Positions 19,355-29,482 of a stretch of DNA of 64,000 bases are shown in pieces. Numbering within the stretch: position 1 is the first letter of the stretch; every line of letters begins with the position of its first letter. The stretch lies in UHGV virus genome UHGV-0036853. The stretch is one strand, 5' to 3'. The position numbers and the translations under genes were made by a program. Below the pieces are notes generated by a model. It did no database searches. It saw only the letters and a list, made by a program, of their open reading frames with translations, and was not told the origin of the DNA. Source of the DNA: a virus.

Positions 19355-19517
19355 CCTTAATCTCCTTCACTGTGTGGGTTATTTCTACAATGCGATAAAT
19401 ACGACCGCGTCGTTCTATAACACCGCTTTTAATGTAGTCATTGATGCAACTGGACATCACCACAATACCGATTAAAAAACCAACCGCTAAAAATGCAATC
19501 ATCCAGCCGAGCATCAT
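19338..19517 (-). CDS. small membrane protein (below ORF-track length cutoff)
   Basis: Manual translation MMLGWMIAFLAVGFLIGIVVMSSC... (59 aa); its ATG overlaps the ligase stop as ATGA. Confidence 0.3.
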   Translation of the reverse strand: MMLGWMIAFLAVGFLIGIVVMSSCINDYIKSGVIERRGRIYRIVEITHTVKEIKDDRIK

Positions 19518-20836
19518 TCTTTATCTCCGATTCGATCTTCTGTATCGCGTAAGCAACGCGGCCATTTCAGTCGTGGGTGGCGTAAGCTGCCATCCGGCGT
19601 TTTCTCGTGACAATGAACCTCGACAATACGACCACGGTACTTCTCTTTATTGTTCCAGATCTCGTCCAGATATTTATGCTTAATGCCGCTCGCACGAACA
19701 ATCACACCGTTTTCAAGTCGAATAACAATTTTTCCAAGCGTGTTGGCAAAACCAGAGTCCGGGTCGCCCGGCTCAAAGTCGATAATTTCACCATCTTCTG
19801 AATCTTCGTCTTTTAACTTCCACCAGCTGCGGGTACGTTTAAACTCGTAAACAGAGTTCGGATCTTTGCCCATCTCCCCTTCTTCGTTATCGTCCAGGCG
19901 TTTCATGAAGCGTTCGATGAAGTCTTCGTGGCTATGGATGATGTAGAACGGATGTAGGTGAATGTCTTGCGCGTAGTCTTCACTGCGATCGTTTTTGAAC
20001 AACGCCACGAGAATAGCCAGGCGCTCTTTCAGCTTCATACCTGTCTTTGCATACTCTTTGGATTTAGCCTGTGCCCGCCATTCCGGTAGGAAGAAGTCGA
20101 AAACATGATAAATAGCGCCAATTGCCTGCACGTTCTTTTTGCGCAATGCAGATACGGACTGGTTAAATGAACCGGCTGTTCCTTCACCATCGAAGAAGAT
20201 GTGTTTGTGGCCTGAAAGTTTGCCTAATTCGAGCATGGCTGGCTTTAGGTGATCGAGAGACGTGATTGGATTACCAGTACGAGAAAGGAAGTTCACCTCT
20301 TCCTCGTCAACAATAACCTCGCAAATTACTCGCAAACCATCGAGCTTAAGGCTGCCAATCATCGGCCATTTTGCTTTAGGATTTGGCTTGAAGGGGTATT
20401 TGTCGCCTTTTTCTTTATACGGTGACGCCAGCTGCACCTCGAATTTCGGAATGGGATTTTCAAAAACCTTGTTGCATAGGCTAATCCCAACGCCAGCTTT
20501 CGGATCTTTTAAGAGGAAACGACGGAACACGTCCTGCCCATCGGCGCACATTGACGCCACGATAGACTCAACAGCAGCTATTGCTGCGTTCCCCGTCAGC
20601 TCGCGAGAGGCCAGCTTATTCAGTATATCAATGGCTTTTTCGTCACTTGGGACGGACTCACTAAGCGGCTCTGCCACTTTGTATTTCTTTACCCCAAAAC
20701 GGATGAAAGGGTTGAGCATCAATGAAACCATGCTTTGCTCGAAGTCATCCATGTTGGCCAATGCCTCTTTTTTTGCATTGGTTCCCATAGTTTTCATTTC
20801 GTCCAGCTTATGCTTAAGTGCGATCAACTTTTTCAT
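19514..20836 (-). CDS. ATP-dependent DNA ligase
   Basis: 440 aa; adenylation motif SLKLDGLR (KxDG). Confidence 0.8.
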   Translation of the reverse strand: MKKLIALKHKLDEMKTMGTNAKKEALANMDDFEQSMVSLMLNPFIRFGVKKYKVAEPLSESVPSDEKAIDILNKLASRELTGNAAIAAVESIVASMCADGQDVFRRFLLKDPKAGVGISLCNKVFENPIPKFEVQLASPYKEKGDKYPFKPNPKAKWPMIGSLKLDGLRVICEVIVDEEEVNFLSRTGNPITSLDHLKPAMLELGKLSGHKHIFFDGEGTAGSFNQSVSALRKKNVQAIGAIYHVFDFFLPEWRAQAKSKEYAKTGMKLKERLAILVALFKNDRSEDYAQDIHLHPFYIIHSHEDFIERFMKRLDDNEEGEMGKDPNSVYEFKRTRSWWKLKDEDSEDGEIIDFEPGDPDSGFANTLGKIVIRLENGVIVRASGIKHKYLDEIWNNKEKYRGRIVEVHCHEKTPDGSLRHPRLKWPRCLRDTEDRIGDKE

Positions 20837-21315
20837 TGTTGTTTTGCCTCCATATGTTGATCGATTTGCTCATGTGTTTCTTTTGTTGTTTCTTCAAGCA
20901 ACGCCGCATACACGTCAGTGATCGCTGTTTGTGATGTGGTGCTCTTCTTAACCATGCTATTAATCGTTACACTGTCACGTTTTCGTTTTATAGTTCTGGC
21001 TTGTTTATTCCGTTCTTCAACCTCCTTAATGAGCGCGGTCATATCTTCGAAATACAGAGATTCTCCTTTACGAATCTCTTCAACCATCATTTTTAACGCC
21101 TTGCATTTGCCTGCTTTGATAGCGGTTGCGCACGACTGGAATGAAGTTCGAGGAAGACGGTTTTCTTTGAAGGCAAGAATGGTGTGCTGGCAAACGGAGT
21201 AGCTGCAATATGCCGACTCACCGTTTATCTTTACTTCCTCACAACGAAGTGAATAACCATTATTTCCTGAAATAGAGGGGATTTTTGACAAATCAGCTTT
21301 CACAACTACCGCCAT
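20833..21315 (-). CDS. hypothetical Cys-rich protein
   Basis: 160-aa ORF with several Cys pairs, translationally coupled to the ligase gene. Confidence 0.4.
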   Translation of the reverse strand: MAVVVKADLSKIPSISGNNGYSLRCEEVKINGESAYCSYSVCQHTILAFKENRLPRTSFQSCATAIKAGKCKALKMMVEEIRKGESLYFEDMTALIKEVEERNKQARTIKRKRDSVTINSMVKKSTTSQTAITDVYAALLEETTKETHEQIDQHMEAKQQ

Positions 21316-21370
21316 AAATAATCTTGTACTTACCTATCGTTATTTGCGTAAAAAACGACGCGCGGAGAGA

Positions 21371-22153
21371 TTACCAACTTCCCCAGCTAACCATCTTGCG
21401 CTGATTGCTTTCTAAGCGATAGGGGACAAGAAGCTCTGTGACATGATTGGTGGCGTATGATTTAGCCTCTTGCTCTATCATCGGTAATTCGTTAGCAATC
21501 CTGACCATCTTCCCAGCAAATTCCGCCATTACGCCATCACATGCCTTCCCAGCATCAATAACGATATGCACCAGATCCAACTGGCTTTTGCACATGTCGC
21601 AAAGAGACGCATACTCACTCTCTCTGATTACATTTACGGCATCATTAGCCCCTTTATTAAGCAAGACTTCCAACAGGTTTGTCGGGGTAACAAAATCGGC
21701 TTTAAGTGACAATGTTCTCTCACCTTTTATCGACCGTAAGTACTCTTCGTAGTTTTGCTTGTCTTCCAGCAAAACTAAGCTATGCATAGTTAGAAGTGAT
21801 TCCTGAATAGCCTCTTCAATAATACTGTCGTTTGGCGCACAAAAAACGGTATTTGTGTAGATCACTTTTCCATCCATCCATGCACCAACCTGCACTTTAA
21901 GACTGAGCGGGTTTTCTTTGCTAATAAAAACAACTAATGCAGAACGCCGTGCACAAGAAGGTTCACCCCATACGTGTAACTCAACCTTCAGATAAGGTAG
22001 CCCTGGTAGCGGGATCTCAACCAAACGAGTGGCGATATGATCCATTGCCGTTTTTACCGCTTTTTCAATGATGTCTAGTCGATTGCTCTCGCTGATTTCT
22101 AAACCAGTTTTATCAATGATGTCGCAGGCTAATTTCTGAATTTCGTCTTTCAT
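21371..22153 (-). CDS. hypothetical protein (replication module)
   Basis: 260-aa ORF between primase and ligase genes. Confidence 0.4.
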   Translation of the reverse strand: MKDEIQKLACDIIDKTGLEISESNRLDIIEKAVKTAMDHIATRLVEIPLPGLPYLKVELHVWGEPSCARRSALVVFISKENPLSLKVQVGAWMDGKVIYTNTVFCAPNDSIIEEAIQESLLTMHSLVLLEDKQNYEEYLRSIKGERTLSLKADFVTPTNLLEVLLNKGANDAVNVIRESEYASLCDMCKSQLDLVHIVIDAGKACDGVMAEFAGKMVRIANELPMIEQEAKSYATNHVTELLVPYRLESNQRKMVSWGSW

Positions 22154-22228
22154 ACCAACTCCTAGCTAACAGATGAAAGTATTCTTACAGAAAGATAAGT
22201 AATCATCTACTTATTTTAGCGGCACTTG

Positions 22229-23482
22229 TTACGATAGCGCCTTAATGCCCAAAACCTTGCTTTGCAACTCCAACTGTTTGGTATACGGTTTTGCCCGATA
22301 ATAGGCTTTGATAATTTGTTCTGGCGTTGCACCGCCCGGGTCGAGTCCTTCCTCACCCAAACACGCAACTTTGACATTAAGACCGATACTGGTCAGTCGC
22401 CTGGCTGCGGCCATAGTGTTGCGTATAGCTTGCTTTTCACTATCCCACATCATGATCACATTACGTAACCCACGCGCCTTGAGCGTCAGGAACGCGCCTA
22501 ACTGATCTTCTGCATCCTGAGTGGTGTTACCAGATAGATGCATCCCGAACGTTCCTATCGGTTCCACGTAATCACGTAATGTTTCTTCATCAAAAATAGC
22601 TCGTTTAACCCCCATAACATCGAACGCCCCCTCACAGACAACTACAGTCTGTTTGCCGACCGCATTATGGCCGTTGTAGAGAAACTTACCTGAAGCTGGA
22701 AGCTGCATAGGAAAGAGGTAGCGGCGTTCTGCTGTACCGGTAATGTCTCGTCCCTGAAATGTCTTCATTACCCCATCCAGATCGTAAACCGGTATCAGTA
22801 TTCGCATATCGAATATCTGTCCTTTAACCTGATCTGTATACGGATCTACATAAGCGTGCTTGCCTTCGACGCAGTATCGTAGGTCAAAATACTTTGCCAT
22901 TTCAGGCGATATGTTTCGTTCAACCAGATAGTCTGGAAGACGGCCATCTATAGGAAGTTCGTAATGACGAGGGAGTGCAAGTGGTCCCTCTAACTCGACT
23001 GTGCTTGTAAGCACTATCTCTTCTTTCTTTGGTGCCCACCCCTGGGAAAGAAGAGCGTTCTGCACATATTCCTCGAACTGTCGTCGTGATTTACCGCTGT
23101 AGTGCTTGAGGAAGACCAGCTTATTGAACTGAATCTCTTCGGGATGATCACCAGCGAAGCATTTGCCGACGCCACTGGTCAGATTGAAATATACCTTCCA
23201 GTTGGAGCTGCCGCATACCGGACACTCCTTGATATTCACTTCACGACCGCGAGCACTCACGCCTCCACGTCGATAAACGATACCTTCAGTGTCCAACCAT
23301 TGTTCAAAATCTAATTCGGTAATTAGCTCTTTCAGCTCGCTCACGATAATTCCACTTTTAACAGGCAATATTGTGACCAACCTAAATGTTGATATAACAT
23401 AAAGGCTCATGTGTTTTTCTTTTGTGGTTTGGCAAAAGAAAAGTTGTTTCACCAATGAATCAAGCGTGGAGGTGTTCTCCAC
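22229..23482 (-). CDS. DNA primase (DnaG-like: zinc finger plus TOPRIM)
   Basis: 417 aa; zinc motif CPVCGSSNWKVYFN..GKCFAG; acidic TOPRIM-like region VVCEGAFDVMG. Confidence 0.75.
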   Translation of the reverse strand: MENTSTLDSLVKQLFFCQTTKEKHMSLYVISTFRLVTILPVKSGIIVSELKELITELDFEQWLDTEGIVYRRGGVSARGREVNIKECPVCGSSNWKVYFNLTSGVGKCFAGDHPEEIQFNKLVFLKHYSGKSRRQFEEYVQNALLSQGWAPKKEEIVLTSTVELEGPLALPRHYELPIDGRLPDYLVERNISPEMAKYFDLRYCVEGKHAYVDPYTDQVKGQIFDMRILIPVYDLDGVMKTFQGRDITGTAERRYLFPMQLPASGKFLYNGHNAVGKQTVVVCEGAFDVMGVKRAIFDEETLRDYVEPIGTFGMHLSGNTTQDAEDQLGAFLTLKARGLRNVIMMWDSEKQAIRNTMAAARRLTSIGLNVKVACLGEEGLDPGGATPEQIIKAYYRAKPYTKQLELQSKVLGIKALS

Positions 23483-23491
23483 GCTTATTTT

Positions 23492-24832
23492 TTAGGTAAC
23501 GTCTAAGATCCGCTCAATGAAGCGCATTTGTTCGAGGTTTTGTTTAACACGAATGCTGATCCCTCCCTGCTGGTTACGTGAACCAGCAAAGTAGAGACGA
23601 GCCTCTCCTTTCGCTTCTTCTTCTTCGGTTTTGTTGATCGTTATTACCAGGTCAGCAATACGTACTTTTTCGATGTTGTCGGCGGCGTGCATCATTGTGG
23701 CAACTTCTGACGCGCCACCTTCACGGTTTGTCTGCGATGCCGTGATTCCAGCAACGTTATGTTTGTCATAAAGAGCACGTAAATCGGTGTAGATACTACG
23801 AATGTTGGCGCGATCATCACGAAGGTCATAACTGGCACGCATCAAATCTGCGTAGTCGACAACAAGCATGTCAGGCACCATGCCATTGGCTTTCATACTG
23901 TTAAGCATACGGTCCAGATCTGCCGGTGACATACTTCCTGACGGACGCTCAACAACCCACAAACTACCAATCCCCTTAGTGGCTCCCAACTCTGCCAACT
24001 TACGATGAACTTCATCGCGCCGTTCCACCAGCTTGGACATTTCCGTCTCCGACAATCTTGCATCAAAGCGGTCGGACAAAATGTTGGTGTGAACCTCCAG
24101 CGAGAGATACAGAACATTGTAGCCAGCAAGCGTTGCGTTTATGGAAAACTCACCCATTGCGGTCGATTTACCGGATTTAGCGAACCCCATGAAGAGCACC
24201 ATTTCGCGCTTTGCCCAGCCTTTTTGGTACAGCAACCTATCGAGAAGAGGGAGTCCTGTTGTAATACTGTTTGGTACATACTCCTCTGAAGCCTCATATT
24301 CACGCGCTTTCAATCGCTCACTTGCGGAGGTGTAGTAGTCATAGATTCCGGTCGCTTCGTTCGATCCAATCTGCTGAACCTTGGCCATGATTGCCATCGC
24401 CCCCTGAAAGTCGCCTTTCTCTTTCAGTTCAGCAGCCTTAATCAGAGCATCATCAAACGCTACGCTTTTTGCGAAGGTTGATACCTGGTCAACCATGTAC
24501 GAGGTATCGGACAATTTTTCTGCAAGGATGCGCTTAAACGCAGCAACAACATCGGCGAATAGTTCCTCACGGATAGTCTTATCGCGTTTCGCACGCTTAA
24601 GCATATCCAGAATTGCAGATGAAGAGGGCGCGCTCTTGTACATACGGTAATAGCCCGAAACCATATTAACCAATATGGCATTGGCCGCATTGGCAAATTG
24701 GCTAGGTACAACAAGATCTCCCGCACGAGTAAGAAACTCGTGATCACGACAAAAATAGGCCGTCAATCTGTTCTGAAAATCTTCATCAAACTCTTCGGAC
24801 AGCCCGCGTCCTGTATGGCAAAGTTCTGTCAT
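23492..24832 (-). CDS. replicative DNA helicase (DnaB-like)
   Basis: 446 aa; Walker A GFAKSGKST; RecA-like C-terminal domain. Confidence 0.8.
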   Translation of the reverse strand: MTELCHTGRGLSEEFDEDFQNRLTAYFCRDHEFLTRAGDLVVPSQFANAANAILVNMVSGYYRMYKSAPSSSAILDMLKRAKRDKTIREELFADVVAAFKRILAEKLSDTSYMVDQVSTFAKSVAFDDALIKAAELKEKGDFQGAMAIMAKVQQIGSNEATGIYDYYTSASERLKAREYEASEEYVPNSITTGLPLLDRLLYQKGWAKREMVLFMGFAKSGKSTAMGEFSINATLAGYNVLYLSLEVHTNILSDRFDARLSETEMSKLVERRDEVHRKLAELGATKGIGSLWVVERPSGSMSPADLDRMLNSMKANGMVPDMLVVDYADLMRASYDLRDDRANIRSIYTDLRALYDKHNVAGITASQTNREGGASEVATMMHAADNIEKVRIADLVITINKTEEEEAKGEARLYFAGSRNQQGGISIRVKQNLEQMRFIERILDVT

Positions 24833-24875
24833 GTGCTTTCCTTTGTTTTTTAAACAAATTGTTTTCTAGTATTAG

Positions 24876-25625
24876 TTAATTAGATAGGGGATCAATAAAC
24901 CGCCGTGCTTCTTCCAGTTCTTCTGGAAAGTGGGCGGAAATAAGGCGCTCTGGAACTATTTCCATTAGCCAGATAGCGGAGAAAATTGCGCGTATGCGCT
25001 TGCTGCGGGGGATGGTGCGTAAACGCTCCAGAATCCACTCAAAATAGCTTTCCTGGATCGGGTTAAACTGCATGTCTCCCATATGCTTAAAACTAACCAG
25101 AGAGTCATCCAGACGGGTTGTTGCGCGTCTGGCTAATTTCTCTTCAAATATCTCAATCAGTTCTGGCTGCCACAAATGCTGTGGGCGAGGCAGCTTGTCC
25201 CACAGACGTCGTGCAGCTGCGGAAAGCACGGTGGAGATAAAGTAGTCGTATGAGCAGCAATAGCGGTCAGCAAACTGGCGTGCTTTCCATAGCGACGTTT
25301 TATTGGCAGTCGACAACTCCTGATAAGGCAGGCGTTTTAACCCGGTGGTGAACGGAGCTGTTTCAAAGTGTTCACGACCGTGCGTCAGCATAATATTTGA
25401 GTACTGACGTTTGTATGCCTCCGTAAAAAGACAGGTGGCCATCAGAGGATGCATGTCGCGGTAATCAAACCACTTCGTCTCGAAGAGTTCAGCCTCGTCT
25501 TTACAGCGCGACAAGCCAATGTTTTCAGCGACCCACTTGTCCATAACAGCGGTATTCCACTCTGTCATGAAGTCGTACTGGTCGTTGTCGATGGTATCGA
25601 AAAAGATTTGGCTCATGTGGCTCAC
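24876..25625 (-). CDS. hypothetical protein (possible replication accessory or initiator)
   Basis: 249-aa ORF at the head of the helicase/primase operon. Confidence 0.4.
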   Translation of the reverse strand: MSHMSQIFFDTIDNDQYDFMTEWNTAVMDKWVAENIGLSRCKDEAELFETKWFDYRDMHPLMATCLFTEAYKRQYSNIMLTHGREHFETAPFTTGLKRLPYQELSTANKTSLWKARQFADRYCCSYDYFISTVLSAAARRLWDKLPRPQHLWQPELIEIFEEKLARRATTRLDDSLVSFKHMGDMQFNPIQESYFEWILERLRTIPRSKRIRAIFSAIWLMEIVPERLISAHFPEELEEARRFIDPLSN

Positions 25626-25721
25626 CTGGTAGGTAGTTACTTACTTATCACAATGAGCGGATGATAGCGACTGGTGTCAGTTTTTGGAAGTGAAAACGGA
25701 AGGGAGTTGTTCTGGTGGGTG

Positions 25722-25812
25722 TCTTTTAAAAGACCTGCTTCCGTATATATATTTAATAAGTTACTTATTATTTAAATACAGAAACAGGTTCTGATTGAAG
25801 CTGCCAGACCGG
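25722..25812. repeat. AT-rich palindromic element, copy A
   Basis: cctgcttccgtatatat..ttaataagttacttattattta..cagaaacagg shared almost exactly with 48965-49018; arms form a long hairpin. Confidence 0.6.
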
Positions 25813-25818
25813 AAGTTG

Positions 25819-26178
25819 TCAGCCTTTTTTCATGAGTTCTCGCTTGATTTCATCGGTACGCATCGTTACATCGGCAGCTGTGATCGCCTCGTTAAGTTTC
25901 ACGATGTCCTCGATTTCCTGCGGTGTCTTCTCCGCAAGATGGAAAATAGCAGCACGAATCACATCAGAGCGGGTGAATTTCTCGAAGCGAGGGATGAACT
26001 TCATCATCTCCAGCAGTTCGAAGTATTCGTCTTCCAGTGACATTGTGCGGCTTTTAATTTTCTCTTTGCCACGAGTCGGGCGTCCCTGTGGTCTGACTGG
26101 TTGGCGCAAAGGAGTTGTGTTCTTAGCCGGTGCATCAGGCTCTTTGCGCTTTGCTAGGTCACCCATTTTCATGGACAT
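25819..26178 (-). CDS. small partition protein (ParG/ParB-like centromere-binding candidate)
   Basis: 119-aa basic ORF immediately downstream of parA with overlapping stop/start. Confidence 0.45.
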   Translation of the reverse strand: MSMKMGDLAKRKEPDAPAKNTTPLRQPVRPQGRPTRGKEKIKSRTMSLEDEYFELLEMMKFIPRFEKFTRSDVIRAAIFHLAEKTPQEIEDIVKLNEAITAADVTMRTDEIKRELMKKG

Positions 26179-26846
26179 TATTCTTCTTCCTCCAGACTCA
26201 ACAGATAATCTACAAATTCTTCAAACTCGGCTTCCGCCTTTTTGTCGCGCTCGCTACCGGTCATTTCAAAGATAGAACGACCAGACTCTTCCGCATCATC
26301 GTAGACGTTGCGGTTATATAGATTGACAGGCGCAGACTCGATGCCAAACGTCTCAACAATCTCTTTAGCCGCCAGAATGCGAGACACTTGTGATGGCAAA
26401 GCCGGGCACTGGTTCATGACCGCGCGGACCTTCACTTTATCGTTTACATTGCGAACATTGTCGATAATAGGATCGATGTCACGTAAAGATTTCAAATCAC
26501 GACGCTTAGGACGCAGCGGGATAATGATAACGTCGGCCATCAGCATCGCTTGTCGCTGAATTTCGGAGTCAAAGCCACCAGCATCTACCACTACAAACTC
26601 AGCTCTACCCTGAAGCGATTTTAGGTGCTTAATGATGTCATCCTGAACGTATGCAAAAGGAATCAGCTCAAGATCTTCGTTCTGTCGACGGTCTTCACAC
26701 CAGCTTGTTGTAGTGCGCTGAATATCTATATCAGTGATATAAACCTTCTTCTTCTTTTTGACTTTCAGGCAAACGGCAATTTGCTGGGCAACAGTAGATT
26801 TGCCAGGCCCGCCCTTTGTGCCGCCAACCACAAAGATCTTGGTCAT
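26178..26846 (-). CDS. parA: ParA-family partition ATPase
   Basis: 222 aa; deviant Walker A GGTKGGPGKST; ParA/Soj layout. Confidence 0.8.
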   Translation of the reverse strand: MTKIFVVGGTKGGPGKSTVAQQIAVCLKVKKKKKVYITDIDIQRTTTSWCEDRRQNEDLELIPFAYVQDDIIKHLKSLQGRAEFVVVDAGGFDSEIQRQAMLMADVIIIPLRPKRRDLKSLRDIDPIIDNVRNVNDKVKVRAVMNQCPALPSQVSRILAAKEIVETFGIESAPVNLYNRNVYDDAEESGRSIFEMTGSERDKKAEAEFEEFVDYLLSLEEEE

Positions 26847-26980
26847 TGGAGAGTTCCCTTTGCGTATATAATTATCGTCTGAAACAACTTGTTTTCTTAT
26901 ATGTGATATAGCCTAAATGCCTACGGCTGTGGTGTAAAGGTTTAATGATAGGTACATAGATTTGGTAAGGACTTAATAAC

Positions 26981-27000
26981 AAAAAACCCGCCGTAGCGGG
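26981..27000 (-). terminator. rho-independent terminator
   Basis: Hairpin cccgccgtagcggg with a T-run on the minus strand (A-run 26981-26986 on plus). Confidence 0.65.
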
Positions 27001-27008
27001 TTTAGGAA

Positions 27009-27785
27009 TTAGTGGTTGGTAGACCTGGCATCAAATGTTGTAACGCCCACTTCAATGTGGCGGTCTTCTTTGGAGATGATGGTGAGAATCTGACTAGATG
27101 GGTCTATGCTGACAGCCATAGGGTTCCAGTGACGTAACTGAGCCTCGCTGTTCAATAGCAGCGCATCCCACGGTTTGACGCCATTCTGCCCAATACCACC
27201 TTCAACAAGGACATCTATAAATTCTTTATTTAAATTGTCATAGATTTGGACACGCCCGACCAGAAGCATACCGACCGCCCAAATTCTGGCACCGTAAACC
27301 GTCTGATGGTCATCACATACCACATGGTCATGCCAATTGAGAAGGAAATTGTAAACTCTTCTAGCAAGTCCCTTTTGTTCCTTTGAAGGGGTTACAAATG
27401 CCCCTTTGATCTGGACCCCAAGGTGAGAGCCTTTTTGTGAGCGAAACTGGAAACGTTTGTAGACGAACCTGGCAATCTGAATGCCGTCATCATCTTCTTG
27501 TTCATCACCAACTAACTCACGAACACTATGAACTATCTCTGCTTCTGAATACCCCTGCTCGTCAAGATCCATTGCATGTTCTTGAAGCCAATCTGCATCA
27601 GGGTCGCCTACAAATGATACTGTCAAACAGTAATCATAATTAGATCCCGTCAAGGACCATTCTGTGAGCCGTAAAACAGAAAAATCAGAGTTAACCATGT
27701 AGCCAACTCTGATTTTTTCTCTTGTTTCACATTCAGGGAAATCAGACAGTACTTTTGAATACTCTGCTATGAATGATGGTGACAT
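27009..27785 (-). CDS. hypothetical protein
   Basis: 258-aa ORF. Confidence 0.4.
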   Translation of the reverse strand: MSPSFIAEYSKVLSDFPECETREKIRVGYMVNSDFSVLRLTEWSLTGSNYDYCLTVSFVGDPDADWLQEHAMDLDEQGYSEAEIVHSVRELVGDEQEDDDGIQIARFVYKRFQFRSQKGSHLGVQIKGAFVTPSKEQKGLARRVYNFLLNWHDHVVCDDHQTVYGARIWAVGMLLVGRVQIYDNLNKEFIDVLVEGGIGQNGVKPWDALLLNSEAQLRHWNPMAVSIDPSSQILTIISKEDRHIEVGVTTFDARSTNH

Positions 27786-28184
27786 TTAGTTCGCTAGCCG
27801 CATATCCGTAGGTGAATCCAGTTTCGCTATTTTAACATCTACGCGGTATTTATCTTTGATAAATTTAGCTATTTTGCTTTCAATCTCATAGAAAGCATCC
27901 GGTTCACAACGCACAACATCGGGAAACTGTTTTTCTGGCTTAACAAGGAAACGTAACCGATTGTTGAGCACCATCATTTCTGCAAACAATTTGATGGTAA
28001 ACTTGCCTTCTTCAACGTCACTTTTAAGGTTAACGATGAAACGCTGATCCTTAAGCATACCTGGTTTGTTCATTTCACGAATTTGGAGCGAGTCATCCCA
28101 GTACCGCAACGGAACCGATGCGATCATCTTGGTACAGTCTCTTATCGTCTGAATAGAACGAGATGCGTTAAGTGCAGTATGCAT
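27786..28184 (-). CDS. hypothetical protein
   Basis: 132-aa ORF contiguous with the downstream gene. Confidence 0.4.
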   Translation of the reverse strand: MHTALNASRSIQTIRDCTKMIASVPLRYWDDSLQIREMNKPGMLKDQRFIVNLKSDVEEGKFTIKLFAEMMVLNNRLRFLVKPEKQFPDVVRCEPDAFYEIESKIAKFIKDKYRVDVKIAKLDSPTDMRLAN

Positions 28185-28358
28185 GTTTCCACCTTAGCCG
28201 GTAATAACTTTATGTCATAGCGGCGACCTTGTCGGTTTAGAGGCTACGAGTATGCGTCGATTTATTAAAACAAGGTATGATTTACTTGACATCCATGCAT
28301 CAAATCTACCTTGTGCTCTAATAATATGCAAATTTTATGTTAGAAAACGCCACTTTTG

Positions 28359-28589
28359 TTATGGCACTTTTCTGCCCCATCCACACAATCGCTCCCCAAT
28401 CATATTGTGAAAAAGCACCTCTCTTTCAGTCTCTTCGGTCATGAGATCATCACGGCTGATGTATAGCGGTGTAGCCGCATCGCAGAAAAGCACACCAGCG
28501 GGTTGAGGCTTAATCACGCAACCACTTATTGTGCAACTCATGATGAACAGTAGAAGCATCCTTGCGCCGTAACTCATCAAGTGTTTCAT
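28359..28589 (-). CDS. o-spanin (Rz1-like outer-membrane lipoprotein), embedded in the i-spanin gene in another frame
   Basis: Internal start region MKHLMSYGARMLLLFIMSCTISGC (lipobox ISGC) within the 28359-28667 ORF. Confidence 0.5.
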   Translation of the reverse strand: MKHLMSYGARMLLLFIMSCTISGCVIKPQPAGVLFCDAATPLYISRDDLMTEETEREVLFHNMIGERLCGWGRKVP

Positions 28590-28761
28590 TTTTGACGTCC
28601 ACTGTGCTTTGAAGTCGTTTCCTGTCTTCCTGTTTTGCCTTCTCTTCCATTGCTCGTCGCGCCGCATTTCCGCCCATCGTGTAAGCGCCGACCAGAACGA
28701 AAAGAACGGCAGCCAGCGTAATCAAAGCAACTTTTAGCTTTGTCATCAGGCTGCCTAGCAT
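28510..28761 (-). CDS. i-spanin (Rz-like)
   Basis: 83 aa; N-terminal TM then charged helical periplasmic domain. Confidence 0.5.
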   Translation of the reverse strand: MLGSLMTKLKVALITLAAVLFVLVGAYTMGGNAARRAMEEKAKQEDRKRLQSTVDVKNETLDELRRKDASTVHHELHNKWLRD

Positions 28762-28762
28762 A

Positions 28763-29482
28763 TTAGACCATCCCTTTCTGGTGTCTTCTCACCTGCGACC
28801 AGGCGATAAATCCAGCCACAACAATAGTGGCAATACCGAAGATGATGCGTACTGTATCCCCGCTAGAGATATGACCTTGTGCTTTATCCATAGCAGCGGA
28901 AACCTGCGGCATAACATCGGCCAGCTGCGCCAGACCAATACCTGCTGTAACAGTTGCGCCTGCTGTTTCTTTAGTTACAGGAACAGCCTTCACGGTTTTC
29001 ACCGGCTTAACGACGCCAGCTCGACGCAGACCTTCCTCAATAACTTCTGCCGCATACCAGGTGTTCAGCGTTTTTAGCGGACCTCGCCCATTCTCATGGC
29101 GAATGATTGCCTCAACCAAAGGTCGAAGAATGTCGTAATCATGCAGATCGATAATCATGTCTGCGGTTACACCAACGGCTTTAGACACCTCATTAATGTA
29201 GGCGTCAGTGTTGTTTTCATTCGGCGGTGCCCAACGTTCAATAACTTCACGAATGGTATCGATACTTGAGCCGTCTTTTGCGCGACGTTTGTCGTGGTAG
29301 GTAATTAGAGTCACCGCCAGCGCACGAATCCCCCAAACAGGGTCTTTAAACGTGCAAAAGCGCGGTTCGTCTGGATTCGCAACCAGACCTTGCCACGGTG
29401 ATCCTTTATCAAGATTACCGGGGTTATTATTACGAATGCCTCTCGGAGTCTTCATCCTTGATCTCCTGTTATTGCAGTCCAT
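28763..29482 (-). CDS. putative peptidoglycan hydrolase (endolysin-like) with C-terminal membrane anchor
   Basis: 239 aa; motif GIRNNNPGNL recalled from phage muramidase-like proteins; C-terminal TM IIFGIATIVVAGFIAW; position in lysis cassette. Confidence 0.45.
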   Translation of the reverse strand: MDCNNRRSRMKTPRGIRNNNPGNLDKGSPWQGLVANPDEPRFCTFKDPVWGIRALAVTLITYHDKRRAKDGSSIDTIREVIERWAPPNENNTDAYINEVSKAVGVTADMIIDLHDYDILRPLVEAIIRHENGRGPLKTLNTWYAAEVIEEGLRRAGVVKPVKTVKAVPVTKETAGATVTAGIGLAQLADVMPQVSAAMDKAQGHISSGDTVRIIFGIATIVVAGFIAWSQVRRHQKGMV

